A DNA stretch of 61,557 bases, counting the filler, from Choristocarpus tenellus KU-1152 (Eukaryota > Protista > Phaeophyceae), in the NCBI GenBank assembly GCA_964200185.2. It is 11 parts of 11 records of this genome, joined end to end, with 100 filler letters (N's around TTAATTAATTAA, not from the genome) between each part and the next. Parts side by side here need not be neighbours in the genome. Positions count along the whole stretch, not along the records: positions 36,729 to 40,748 come from CAXNAD020016638.1; positions 40,849 to 45,940 come from CAXNAD020011906.1; positions 46,041 to 51,220 come from CAXNAD020011598.1; 8 more parts are not named here. One strand, given 5' to 3'. Each line of letters starts with the position of its first letter. Position 1 is the first letter of the stretch. The translations under genes and the position numbers were made by a program. Below are positions 36,886-49,405 of the stretch, in pieces. The notes under the pieces were generated by a model. The model was not told the DNA's origin. It searched no databases and saw only the letters and a program-made list of their open reading frames with translations.

Positions 36886-39607
36886 CTCTTCCTTCTCCTT
36901 GCTCTTGAGCTTTGCAGCATACCCCTTGTCAGTGAATCGTTGGTACTCCTCCTTGACCGCCTTCTTGTTGGCACGCCTCCCCTGTGCCATCATTATTATT
37001 ATTTTGTAGTAGTGTTAATTATTATTGTTGTTGTTGTTGTTGTTGTATCAGACACAATCAAGTCACAGACTGCTGTAAACTAGTACAATCTACAGCATAT
37101 CAAACACCGGGGACAGAACCAAACAAGGATGGACCAAAGTAGACTCTGTTCTCATACACAGCGAACCATACCTTACCCACTCCGTCTGTTAGCATCAGGC
37201 AACAAGCCAATGACAGTACCCTCAATTGAAGCCTCTAAATATTGCCTCTGAGTATTGCGGCGGAGTGTGTGTGTGTGTGTTTTTTTTTAACTATATGTTT
37301 CTCTGATTGAGAAATTGGAGGGATGACAATGGCTATATTCAGTCAGAGATGCAAGATCTCATTTGGGGTATAGTTCGCTATAGAACTGAGGTAGAGAAGG
37401 GTCGGACTTGGGGAGGAGGGGGAGGAGGAGGGGGGGTGAGAGTCCCACTTGCTACGGGTGCATTTCAGTTGTGCACTAAAAAGGTACACGCCAACAAGGT
37501 ACATGAAACAGTAGGTGTACAGTATGACACTGTTACTGTAAGGACTTCACAGTAACAGCGTTGACCAGCCCACCCCGAGAAACAAAAGGATGTAGACAAC
37601 TTCACTTACACAATAAAAAATAATAAAAATCCAATTTACGGATGCTGAGTTTAAAAATACACCTTGATTTTAACTGGTAAATTAGATGTAACTGTCTCTC
37701 CGATCTGGCAAAAGCAACAAATCGTCTCAAACGTTAAAATGTACCTCATTGGATCTACCTATCCCTACCCCTACCCCTAACCCCACCATCCTCCAAATTC
37801 TGCTCTCCCCTAGTAGAAAAACACTAGCACCTCCGATTAAAAAGTCTTCTTAAAAAAAAAAAGGTTACAATAATCCTATTGATATCCATCGACGTTAGTT
37901 AGCAACAGTAACAATCTCCCGTTTTACTTTAAAAAACAAACAAATAAGGCACCTACCTACGAACAAGCCCGTCGCCCGACATCCTGCAGATCTTTTGTTG
38001 AGAAAATAAATAAAAATAATAATATACATGTAACAACAACAACAGAAAAGTATCACAACACCAACACCAACACCAATACCAACACCAACACCAATAGAGT
38101 ATGCAATGAACGCAACCTACGAGAGACCTTTGTACACAACAACCTTGCAATGCACCACCTTACTTCATCACATAACACAAACATTTCAAGTAACCACCAC
38201 CCTAAACAACCCCCTCCTCCCCGCCCCCCCCCCAAACCCCCCCAGAGTGCATGCCTTGTTCATCTTCAGTCGAATCTCGAACAAACGCCTCTCCCTCGAC
38301 GTCATCTTCCCCAGGGTCTCAACATCCAGCTCCTCTACTTCCTCCTCCTCCTCCTCTACTGCCACCTCAGCTTCCTCGCCACCCTGCACTTTTCCTTCTT
38401 CTCCTGCCCCAGCCCCCTCTCCTTCAACTTCCCCACCAACACCCTGCTGCTTTTGTCTCAACTCTGATGACTGAACTGAGTCCTCTCCCATGCCCAAATC
38501 CATTCCTTCCTCCACCACCTCACCCACCTTTTTAACAGGGTTAAGGTTAAGGTCACAGAGTTAAAGGGGATGGCAGCGCCACCTCACCCACCTTTTAAAC
38601 AGGGCTAAGGTTAGGGTTGCAGAGTTAAAGGGGATGGCAGGACCACCTCACCCACCCTTTTAACAGGGTTAAGGTTAGGGTTTGCAGAGTAAAAGGGGAT
38701 GACAGCATTCAACCAATTCATTACATTTCTCCAGTAAACACTTTCCCCATGTGGGTTGAAGTAGTTTGTTGACGAGGAAAATACCAACCCTGGGAAGGCG
38801 TTTCTTGCACCTTCGCAGCGGGCGGAGCAGAACAGGTGGACTAAAAAAAAAAAGAAATCAGACATACCTGACATTTTAGGGTCGAGTACCCACAGCAAGA
38901 CACCCTACTAGAAAAAAAAAGAAAATCTGACAACATTTTTTAAAGTGTTTATCGCCTCCCCCGCAAAAAACGTTGGAACTGATGCTGAAGCGAGAAAACG
39001 TCTTTCCCCTTTTTAATTCTCTTTTTTCATTGATGGCGCAGTCTCAGTAGCTCGTAGGTCTTGTCTTTGAGGTAATGTTCAGACTATACCACACAAGAGC
39101 CAGTAGGAGGCGTTGGATGCTCTCACCAAATTAATTCATAAAAAAAAAATCGATACTTTTACTTAAGAATTGGTGCTGCAAGCTATGTACATTTCGTGTG
39201 ATGTAAACATCCAAGCCTTTCCACTTCCCGGATCCACTGCAACAATAGCAAAAAATAAAAATATCTAACAGTACTATATCGTTACTTAATTATTAACGAT
39301 GAGGGGAGGCAGCACTTTACACATTCAATGCAATATAAAGAAGAGAAAAAAAATCCGGCACAAGGGAGATTTTTCATTTTCCACTTTCTCCAACAAAATT
39401 TTCCCCCCAACTCTCCCTCCTCCCTTCTCCTAGCGCACGCATACAAACATGCATGCACTCCAAAGGTGGAACATATCCTCCCCATCACCATACTCATCAT
39501 CATTACTGGTAATCTGTGAGCAGTACCTGTCCACAGTCATCGATGGCCACTGGAAGGCGTGGCTTATCATTTCCACCCGTCGACACCTTCTCCATGATAT
39601 CCACCAC
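36886..39607 (-). CDS. Cyclophilin-SYF2 fusion protein, internal fragment (cyclophilin C-terminus, acidic linker, SYF2 N-terminal helix)
   Basis: Exons 39607-39527 (VVDIMEKVSTGGNDKPRLPVAIDDCGQ), 38527-38255 (acidic linker, ..KMTSRERRLFEIRLKMNK, GC donor) and 36981-36886 (GRRANKKAVKEEYQRF..) are all phase 0. Confidence 0.75.
38514..38706. repeat. 64-bp tandem repeat x3 spanning an intron/exon boundary
   Basis: Units start at 38514, 38578 and 38642 (CCACCTCACCCACCTTTT.AACAGGG.TAAGGTTA.G...CAGAGT.AAAGGGGATG.CAG). Confidence 0.92.
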
Positions 39608-40848
39608 CTTTCCCAATAATGCAGTAAAAACAAACAGTTGGACGTATTCACAGAGAGGGAAAAAAGGAGTGGGGGTGAGGGTGGGAATAGTCCAAGAGAA
39701 AAAAAAAGCATTAACAAATGGAAATACTTACAAGTAAGTATAACTTGGGAACAAGACACTGGTGGTACACCCACAAATGTTTAAACTATACCACCTGTTC
39801 AGCACCAGCTCATTACCATATCCTCACACTACCCAGCTCAGCAATAATTCAATCTCCAACTGAAGTGCCCAGATAACAAAAAAAAAAAATCAGCAGGAAA
39901 GGCAGCAAAAAAAAGAGTCAATATAAATGGAGAGAACAAAAAGCAATCTGCAACCATCTTTTTCTCTNNNNNNNNNNAGATAACAAAAAAAAAAAATCAG
40001 CAGGAAAGGCAGCAAAAAAAAAGGAGCAATGTGGTGGGGGGGCACCAGATGCCATCTGCCTCGAAAATTCTCTCACCAGTGTCCACATTATGATATTATT
40101 ATTACTAGAATAATAACTAATGTCTTGCCCTGTTCCGTTGTTCCTCTGCAACTCCCTTTTTTCTATCCCATGCCTTCCATCCCACACGTCTAAGCCCTCA
40201 TCAGCTGTCATAGACTGTCAACTTAATGTGAACGTGTAAAATCAACCTATCTGTACAAGCAACAAAGATCAACCTCAACCCTCACAGTCCTGAAACTGTC
40301 AATACAAACAACAACACCTCAAGCGACACATTCCCATATATTTATTTCCCTTGCCCCAAGCACAGCCCCTGCCCCCCTCCACCCTCCCCTTAACCTCCCT
40401 TCAAGAGGAAATGACCCCTCAACTAATAAAATAAAAATATTTGGGGTTGCCAATGAGGTGTAAGGATCCCTCTGACTTTTCTGACTGTACACCTATTTAT
40501 TTTTTTGGGAACACGCTTCGTCTATATTTTGTACACATTCACTTTTACGCAAGAAATGCATCGATATCGACGCACGCCCTTTAAAAAAAACACACACACA
40601 CATTTTTTTTTTTCTCTTCAAAATTCATTCCTACAGTATCAAAACAGCCAAAACCACACACACACACCCCTCCTCAACTCAGTATCAACTGCTATATGAC
40701 GTTTAATACCAGATACTTTTTTACCAGCATCATAACCTTTATTTTTAGNNNNNNNNNNNNNNNNNNNNNNNNNNNNNNNNNNNNNNNNNNNNTTAATTAA
40801 TTAANNNNNNNNNNNNNNNNNNNNNNNNNNNNNNNNNNNNNNNNNNNN

Positions 40849-42883
40849 CCGCGGGTTGCACAGTGGGCGCGATGTCTTCCCCATCCCCCCCCCCCCCCCC
40901 CTCCTCTTCCCCCCCCCCCCCCCTGCCAATGCCTTCCTCCTTTGGCCTCTCCTCCCCATCTCCAGCTTCTGCCCCCCCCCCCCTTCGTTTCTTCTTCCCC
41001 CTCCGTTTTCGAGAGCGCACCTTCTCTATTTCTTCCTCAACCTCCTCTTGGCGTGCGCGGATCTGCTCGCGGAGACGTCGCCGACGCTTGGCATCGACTT
41101 TGGGCTGATCATGGCGGTAGGGGGCAAGCTTCTTGAGAGAGACAAACTTGTTGAGGTCCTGCGGATTCACAACATTTGAGATCGGTACAAGAGGTGGGGG
41201 GGGGGGGTTGGTGACTGAGATGTATGTACCAAGTTGGAGGTTGAAAGTTGCAATTGTCAGACGTACGCCCAGCTATTGTGAATTTGTTGAATGCATCAGT
41301 GGTTTGAGTGAGCATCTTGAGGGTATAGCTTTTGAGTTGAGGTGAACAGGTTTTTCTTGGGTTCTGAGGCACTGTGAAGCCCAGAACAAGGGCTTTTCCT
41401 AGTCATGCGGCAAGACCTCCTACTTCTTACTTCCCTTTGTCACAGAAATACAAAAAGGGTTGTGATTGATAGCACTGGAAATCAACCTGAGAATTGGCTT
41501 TGTATCAGATAGGTTTACAAGCGCTGAATCAAGCGTCTACTCAGACGAGAGCAAATCAGGCGCTGCCTATCCTATGTCCCTAACACCCACAAAGAAAAAA
41601 AAAAGTGGGAGTTGAAGTAGTCGTTTACCCAGCCGGAAAATATCCAATCTTCCTTACAACACGAAACAGACAATAACCCTAACCCTAACCCATCACTACC
41701 GCTGCTGCCAAGAGAATGACAACAGTGATGAGAAAATGCCTAATTCAAACCAATCCTGTCTTTATTCAAGGACACGCGAACTTACAACGCACCAAAACTC
41801 TCCTTCACAATCTAGTCACAAGTCAAGTGTATAGACAAGGACGACAGATAACACTACAATTTATTTATTTTTGGGAGGGGGATGAGACAATTACCCAATG
41901 AGTGCCAGCCTCTCGCCTCCCACAAAAGGAAACTACATTTCAAGGATTGCAGTTCACAACAGTTCCTTCTTTTAAGGGGCTTGCTGCACACCTTGTCGTC
42001 TGCTAGCAAAACTTCTTCTGGAGTCAGCCCGAAGTCATCTGCCTTCACCGAGGTGTACTTGAACCTGTACGCACATATAGGACAATAATTCATTGGATAT
42101 ATCGACGGGGGTGACCTAAGCACCCCGTGCCACTTGTGTACGCACGAGCATGAGTTTCTATGTACACACAACATAAACTATTAACATGCACATGAATTAC
42201 ATTCAAACACCAAGACAAAGGAGTGTTTCAGCTACTTCAACAAAAGTGGGTTTAGTCATCGATTGACATGCACAAAACGAACACCCCCACCAACCTCTCC
42301 CATACCACTACCAACTCTACTTGAAAAAATAACAATCCCTTTCCCCATCGCCTCACCCCTCAGTCACCTTCAACCAAGGTCCCCTACCCCTCCTCCCTAA
42401 AAAGAATAACAGATCAGATCAGACCAGGTCAGGCCTGATCTCTTCACAGGGTTCCCAGTCACCCAAGTCCGAGACCCAACAGCCTGCATTTCAGTCCAGA
42501 TGACCCTCCCTTCTGGAGACAGTTAAGATAGGGGTGGTGGGCTCCCCCCCTTTCCCAGAAACCACACTCACCGGCATGGTATATCTCCAATCAAATCCTC
42601 ATAGTCCAGCTTATATAGCTCATCCAAGAGCTTCTTTTTGATATCCTCAGCCCCCTCTCCCTCTCCCTCCTCATCCTCCCCCACCCCCCCATTCTGATGC
42701 CACTCATTTGGCGCTCCCCCCTTCACCTCCTCCTCTTCTGTGCCCCCACCCTCCCCTCCCCCATTGTATTGATTTAGATCCCCAAGGCCGGCCAAAGGAT
42801 CTTCTCCTGGCTTCCACTGATCATCAGCATCCTCTGCACCATAATAGCTCTCATCAAACGCTTTCTTGGAAACCTCGTCCCAC
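40849..42883 (-). CDS. KRI1: KRI1 homolog (40S biogenesis factor), C-terminal part
   Basis: Exons 42883-42572, 42064-41992 and 41158-40849 give [72 protein letters not shown], the Kri1_C signature. Confidence 0.93.
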
Positions 42884-44657
42884 CTGATGGTCATGATGGA
42901 TTGTAGCCACAACAGTTGGAGTCAGAGTAGGGCAAGGATAAGTTTCAAGCTTGATCCCTACAATTGTAATACCTGACACATACTTGAGGGTACAAACACT
43001 GAAGTGCATACACATATTTGTCCAACATCATTGTGAGGAAAAAAGTTCTTGTTGGTTGCCAACGGCCACAACATGCATGCACATCTGCTGTATAAATACC
43101 ATTATTATTATTAGGATTATGTTACTCCAAATGTGTTTAACCAAGACACATACTAGAGAGTACATTCGATTAATAAACACTAATTTCATTTCAACTGTAT
43201 TGCATCAATTACAAAAGAGAAAACAAAGGCAACTATTGTATCAGCATACTGTTAACATCCCCCAAATCGTTCCACTCGTACAGCGAGACAAAGAAAGACC
43301 ATTATGGTTGGCGTCTTGTACACTGAGCAAGTCCTCCTAATTGTACCGCCGTTTTGTCACAATAAGGGTTCAACCAGCGAGAGGTACAGATCAGACTATT
43401 GTAATTAACACGACAATATAATATAATAAAGTATCACAAATTGCAAGGGAAAAAGCAGCCTTTACAACTGCACATAAATGCTATACTGCAAACGAACAAC
43501 CCGTAGTATCATACTAGCCCAAACTGATGCCATCCTCTAAATATTGCTGCAACAGTTGCACCAATTTCACTATGATAAATAAATCAACTCTACAAGGGTG
43601 CAAAGAGAGATCCCTCAGGCTGTTGCCGGAGACCTCACTGACTCCCTTGGCAAGCTGAAAAGTCACTCCAAGATTTGGTTCTGGTGAGAAAAGAGAAATA
43701 TGATACCTCTGGGTATCATGCGACAAAGTTAGGTGAAGGCAAAAAATAGAAGAATGGGCAACAAATCACCTACTGCCAAAATATTAGTATAGCACGGGCT
43801 CGAAAGATACGAGTCACATCCGCCTGCCATAAAACAAAACCTGTCTACTTTGCTGCCCGGCAGCTCTTGCAGGGCTGACATAAAAATACCCAGCCAATAG
43901 TGCTTATCCTACTCGCGACAGTGATCCAAGAGCACTTTGTCAAGGCCTACAGTGCACAGCAGCACTAGTAGCTTGTTTGCATGAAATACTGGTAGGCGCA
44001 ACTACAATCTATGTTGGAACGATCACTAAGTTAAGCTTTTTAAGTGCTGTACCACCTTGTGTTCTGGCTGCCATATTGTTTGCAATGCAGTGCCAGGCCC
44101 AGCCCAATCCGTACTAGCATGCTACCACCTACAATTCAAAGAGCTGGTCTCTCTGGTTCTGCAGTCAGGCAGCTCTTCTTGCAAAGCTTGTATTAGACTC
44201 AGCAATCTGCTGGGATAGCTACATAATCATTGTCATCACCTGATACAAAAGAGAACCGGTCTGCTTACTACCTGGCACCCTCCTTCTAGAAGATTCAATA
44301 GTATACAGTCATCTGCTACTTTGTCATCAATGCACACAGATAGACCCCTTCAGTCCTGATCGATTGCACCCTTTTGTAATCCCGCAAATAGTACTGACCT
44401 TCACCATTGGTAGTCTTTGTAACAAAAAAGAACACGATCAATCGAACGTTGTTGCGTAGAAAATTCCGTCAAGAATTTTCCAGACGATTTCTTCCAGGCG
44501 AAATAATTCTGAATAAAAAAAAGTGAACAAAAGTGTTGGAAGATCTGCAGCCGTTCACAACCCTTTACAACTGAAATATCCCACACAACATAGACCCCGC
44601 AAACTCTATCAAATACGCACATAAATGCTACTAGGAACGAGAGTAATCTTGTCTTTC

Positions 44658-44736
44658 CACCCCTAAGATACATGCAAACTATTCTCTCAAAACATCACCC
44701 CTAAGACACATGTAAACTATTCTCTCAAAACATCAC
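44658..44736. repeat. 38-bp tandem duplication
   Basis: CACCCCTAAGA.ACATG.AAACTATTCTCTCAAAACAT occurs twice. Confidence 0.85.
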
Positions 44737-46699
44737 AAGATAGCCCAGGAACAGCAGGCAGCATACTACACAAGTTGGAGTTGTACGCAGCTCTCCTCTG
44801 AGAAACTTTGGGAAACAATGCCAGAAAACAGTAGTGCCCCAAGACAGTACGCGTGGGCAGAGAGAGTGAGACGAAGACCCCGAGGCATCGACAGCGACTG
44901 CTACAACCCACAAGAGAGCACTACAGGTCATCCCAGCACTAAAATAAATACAGACCTCACCACGGAGACTGCCATGCACTTGGGAGGCCAGGGTTTTGCT
45001 CTGAAGAAACTATAACCTCCCATCACTTGAAGCTTTTCATTGGGGACCACTTGAACCAAAAGATCAAAAATAACCAAACGTAACTCAGTCGCAGGTATAC
45101 ATACGGAGTTCTTATTTTATATATTCAGATTACTTTTGCCAAAACGTACCCCCCCCCCCAAATGTGCCTTGTTTCAAGATATTGGGAAACCACAGCTGTT
45201 TGACCTAGCCATTAAAATTTGCATTAGGCTACGATGTTGGCTCAGTGGAGTAGTGGCGTTTCAAAATCTTGAAATTTACCCCTACCCCCCCAAAAAACAT
45301 TTTTTTCTAGCCCACATCGATAGGGAGGCCTGAAAGAGTAACAACATGGCACTACAGCAGAGCAGAGTAGAGGTTAGATTTAGGGTTAGGGAGTAGAAAC
45401 AAATTTCTCCGTAGTGTACAACCTCCTCCAGGTGAGTCATAGGAATGACACCTATAACAGTATAGGACAATCACGGTACGATACGAGTCATTCCAAATAC
45501 CACATACCACATACTGCTGAGAACAAAAAAAAAGGATAAAATTCATAAAATAATTTTCTTGTTTTTTTCCTGGCAGACATAAAAAAAATATGTATGATTT
45601 TCACTACTCAATTAAAAAAAACAAAAAAATGGATAACCAGTAAACATCTGCGTAAGTACTAGCACTTTTACACCATTCACAAACATCAATCAGTACCCAG
45701 TAGTAGTAGTAGTAGTAGTAGTAGTACTACTAAAATACCACACACAACAGAAAAAAAAAAACAGCACCAATGCCATCAAGTAGCAGTGTACCAAAAAAGC
45801 CATCCAAGTACCTACAACTTCTATTCACACACATGCAGTCGCCTGGCAGTGGAATTCCTACCTCTCAGGGTCAAAGTCTCCCTCCACCAGGGTATCTGCC
45901 TCTTCCCCCTCTAGGGCGGTCACCCCTCCCCCACTCATCTNNNNNNNNNNNNNNNNNNNNNNNNNNNNNNNNNNNNNNNNNNNNTTAATTAATTAANNNN
46001 NNNNNNNNNNNNNNNNNNNNNNNNNNNNNNNNNNNNNNNNGCCCCCCCCCCCCTCCCAGATACTTTGGGTCTTTGTTCTTTCTCGGGATCCTAAAAATGC
46101 AACCTTGCCTACCTCTCAATTGGTTTGGCTCACCACCACCTATATAGCCACACAAGAGTCTTAACATAATACTCTGCCAGTGGATGCCTCCTCTCGCAAA
46201 TCCGAAGGATGCAGCAACTGGTTTTCCCAGTAATGTGCAATTTCCGTGGAACGAGAGCCTTGTCCATAGATAGTCCTGATCATGCACTATACACACTACT
46301 GGTGGAGTAGAAAATTGGATGGAAAGGGAGTGAAGGACATACCATCAATGTTGTATTATTGTCGTGTCGTCAGATGTATTGATTGATTGATGTCCAGTAA
46401 TTGGTGTCCTTTTCTAGGTGTAATTGCCGTGCTGAAGACAAGCGGATCATAGTTACTGTGGACGATTGCACACCCCACGCATACTTATAATAAAAAGGAA
46501 TAGTAGCAATGGGTGCCCTCAACCCCCAATTAGTTCAAAGGAATTGAGACCACAACCCCTTTGTAAGATTAGTACTATATACTTTCACACCAACAGAGAT
46601 ATTTTCCTTTGATAAAACACATGACAGATCAACTTAACCCCGGATCCAGTGTGGGATACTTCAACAAGCCCTGCAGTCGATCACGTTCAGGGAAGAACC

Positions 46700-48300
46700 G
46701 TACGGGACGACAGATTGGACACAGAGTTGTGTTGCCTTAAATTGTTTTGTGAGACCCCAAGAAACACCTGACTCACAATGGAGGGATTCCTCCTATATAT
46801 CCTAACTGCCACCAATATAGTGCTGGGATACATTAAAGTTGTTGTCTCCTTGCCAGTTCCCTTGTACAATTCATTGTGGCCACGAGAAAATGCCAAAAAC
46901 AGACCGGAAACATTCGCACTTTGATGCTCATAACGTGTCCTAGCCTCACCCAATCCCATCCTTAGAACTTCAGACATTGGTCAGAGCATTTATAGTAGTG
47001 CTGTGCATAAAGTCCTAAGACGTTTTCCCCCCTCGCACCCCCCCATTAGCGTGCACACCAATGTGGGGGTGCGCTCAAGTACTGGTGCATATCACAGTAT
47101 CAGTGCAACTCTTGTTTGCGGACCTTTAACAGTCTCTTGGCGAATACATCAGCCAACTATTTGTCCATGCCTACGTGTACCACCTTAAACCAGCCCTCCT
47201 GGATCCTTCCCGTGTCCCTGGTATGGTGAGGTGGTCCGCCTGCCTAATTCTCGTGTTACATTTGCGAGGTCAGGCCATATAGCCCCAGCAAGAAACGTCA
47301 GCTTACCCCAAAATCGAGCACATGGGTACTGGCCATTATCTATATAAGCAATCAAGATGGCTACCCTTCCATTATTTCTTAAACAGTGGTGTATGCAATT
47401 CATCGTACTAGCTACTCTTCCAGATCTCCACCAGAAAATCCAACCGGTTTCAACGTAACACTCCTTGGCCAATTGCTTCAGACCATAAAGTGCCTTATCT
47501 GCCTTCTTGACCCTACATTTGGCAGCTGGACCTAGATATCCTCAATGAGTGTATCTTTTAAGTGCCCTTGAGAAGTAAGTCAAGACATTTAATTTCCCAA
47601 GCGCTGGAGACTGCTATTGCCAGTATAGACCCGAGGTCATCAAAACCAACCACGGGATTGAGTGTGTTGAACGGTGCAATCCCTTGGTTCTGGATGAAGC
47701 TGATGCAGCCAGCCCTGCCTTTATTCTCTCCACGTTCCCCTCAGCGGTGTGCTTCACTTTAAAATCTATCTTGGTCTTGATTGGTGTTACTCCCTCGGAT
47801 AGGGGGACATCACTGAGTGTCCCCTCTGCAATAGGTACGTCCATCTCGTGGTCCATTGCATCCTGCCAGCAATCAGCGACGGATCTTGCCAGTGTTTAAC
47901 TATGGTATTTTGCAAGTGAAACCTGGTGGGAACTTCTCCACTCATACCCAGTAGGCAAAAGGTATCGACGTTGCTTTAAACTTATAAACGGACACTCAGC
48001 TCTGAGTCATTGTCATCATGCAGATTAAACATATCTGGGGTAGTCTCGCCTCGATGATGTTGAGCAAGGCGGGGTGATCTTGTCCATTTGGGCGCAGGTC
48101 TCCTTGGGGATAGTGCATTCCTTAGTACTTTCCGTTCTACGGGTTCTTCAGCTTCTGCTTCTAGCGTTTGTTGATGAGTGCCGCATCGTGGCAGCCCCAA
48201 CTTTTCTAGATCCCGATAGTCCTAGGAATGACTGTTTCGCTCTCAACGGCACCTTGGGCAGATCTCCACCGAGCCTGATATGGCTCCCGCATTTTATGCT
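46700..48300 (-). mobile_element. Degenerate Ty1/Copia LTR retrotransposon (reverse transcriptase pseudogene)
   Basis: Frameshifted motifs in Copia RT order: WQDAMDHEM, VPLSEGVTPIKTK.DFKVK..GNVERIKAGL, PVVGFD..LAIA, KALYGLKQ, AYIDN (decayed YVDD). Boundaries approximate; LTRs not identified. Confidence 0.85.
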
Positions 48301-49194
48301 CGACTAAACGAATTATCTGATGGCCCTCCTCAGTGCGTCAGTGTTGAGAAGTCTACAGGGGAGTCCAAGGACGTGAAGGACGTCGAGTAACACCAGGAAC
48401 TGAGGTACCTGAAATTACACGCATCTTTGAATATGTAAGGTAACTCTCCCCCAGTTCACGAACGTACAGGAGTACTCGAAGAACCGGTTGTTGGCAAGGT
48501 CATCCAGGCACTGGGCCATGTCTCCGTTGACTCTAGAGTCACACAGAACCTTAACGCTGGAACCAGTTTAAGGTCCCTTGGGGCTACTGATCGTTGCTGC
48601 CATTGTAGTAGACCGTCCAGTCCTAACAACAAGAAGAAATACTATCATAGATTTGGACCCTTCAGAGTCAGTCTTGTCTCTGTTCCTCACCTCAGGGCTT
48701 GGTCCTGTCCGTGAATGGTAGAGAGGGCAACCTCTTCGACCGAATCATCCTTGTTGGTCTCTTCGCAGGCGATCTACCCGCAAAGATACGACCTACACTC
48801 TCTACGGAAGTGCTAATCCTATATGCAGAGTCAGCATTGGTTCCTCTCAGCTAGGAGTACTGATGTCTCGGCTCTGATCTCCTCCTCTCGCTTGCCTTTC
48901 GCGAGGCCAGGTGTAGTGTAATCTTAGAGCTGCCCCAACATGTAACTGCTTGATGATGTGACAACCCATCCATGCTATCATACTACTTACTATACGCCAG
49001 ACACGATACATCGTCAATACATATAATCAGATGAAACAAGACAGAAAAAAACATAACTTTGCTTAAATTATTTCTGAGTTGTGAAAGGGAACTATTTTCT
49101 TTATTAAATTATATCTTTTTGGTAACAAATTCTGGATTAATATATCATTACTTATTCCTTGTTTGCATTCCACCCATTGTAATACCACTACTTG

Positions 49195-49405
49195 TGACCA
49201 ACCAGTGCGAACCCCTTCCGCGACTAATTTCCAGTCACCAACACATGCGATGACCAACCAATGCAACCCCTTCGCTACTGATTTCCAGTCACCAATCCCA
49301 TCCGATGACCAACCATTGCTACCCCTTCGTCACTGATTTTTAGTCACCAGCAACATCGGATGACCAACCAGTGTGACCTCTTTGCCACTGATTTCCGGTC
49401 ACCAC
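49195..49405. repeat. 55/56-bp tandem repeat x4
   Basis: Units start at 49195, 49251, 49306 and 49361 (TGACCAACCA.TG..ACCCCTT.G..ACTGATTTCCAGTCACCA). Confidence 0.9.

Noticed and set aside
39871-40022. ~45-bp direct repeat either side of a 10-N gap
   Set aside because: Likely a scaffolding overlap artefact.
43514-43726. Candidate upstream KRI1 exon (LAKGVSEVSGN)
   Set aside because: There is no convincing phase-compatible donor or DFDP motif, so it cannot be supported.
49195-49405. CRISPR-like appearance of this and other short tandem arrays (38514, 51709, 54793, 60227)
   Set aside because: There are no unique spacers and no cas genes, and the context is eukaryotic.
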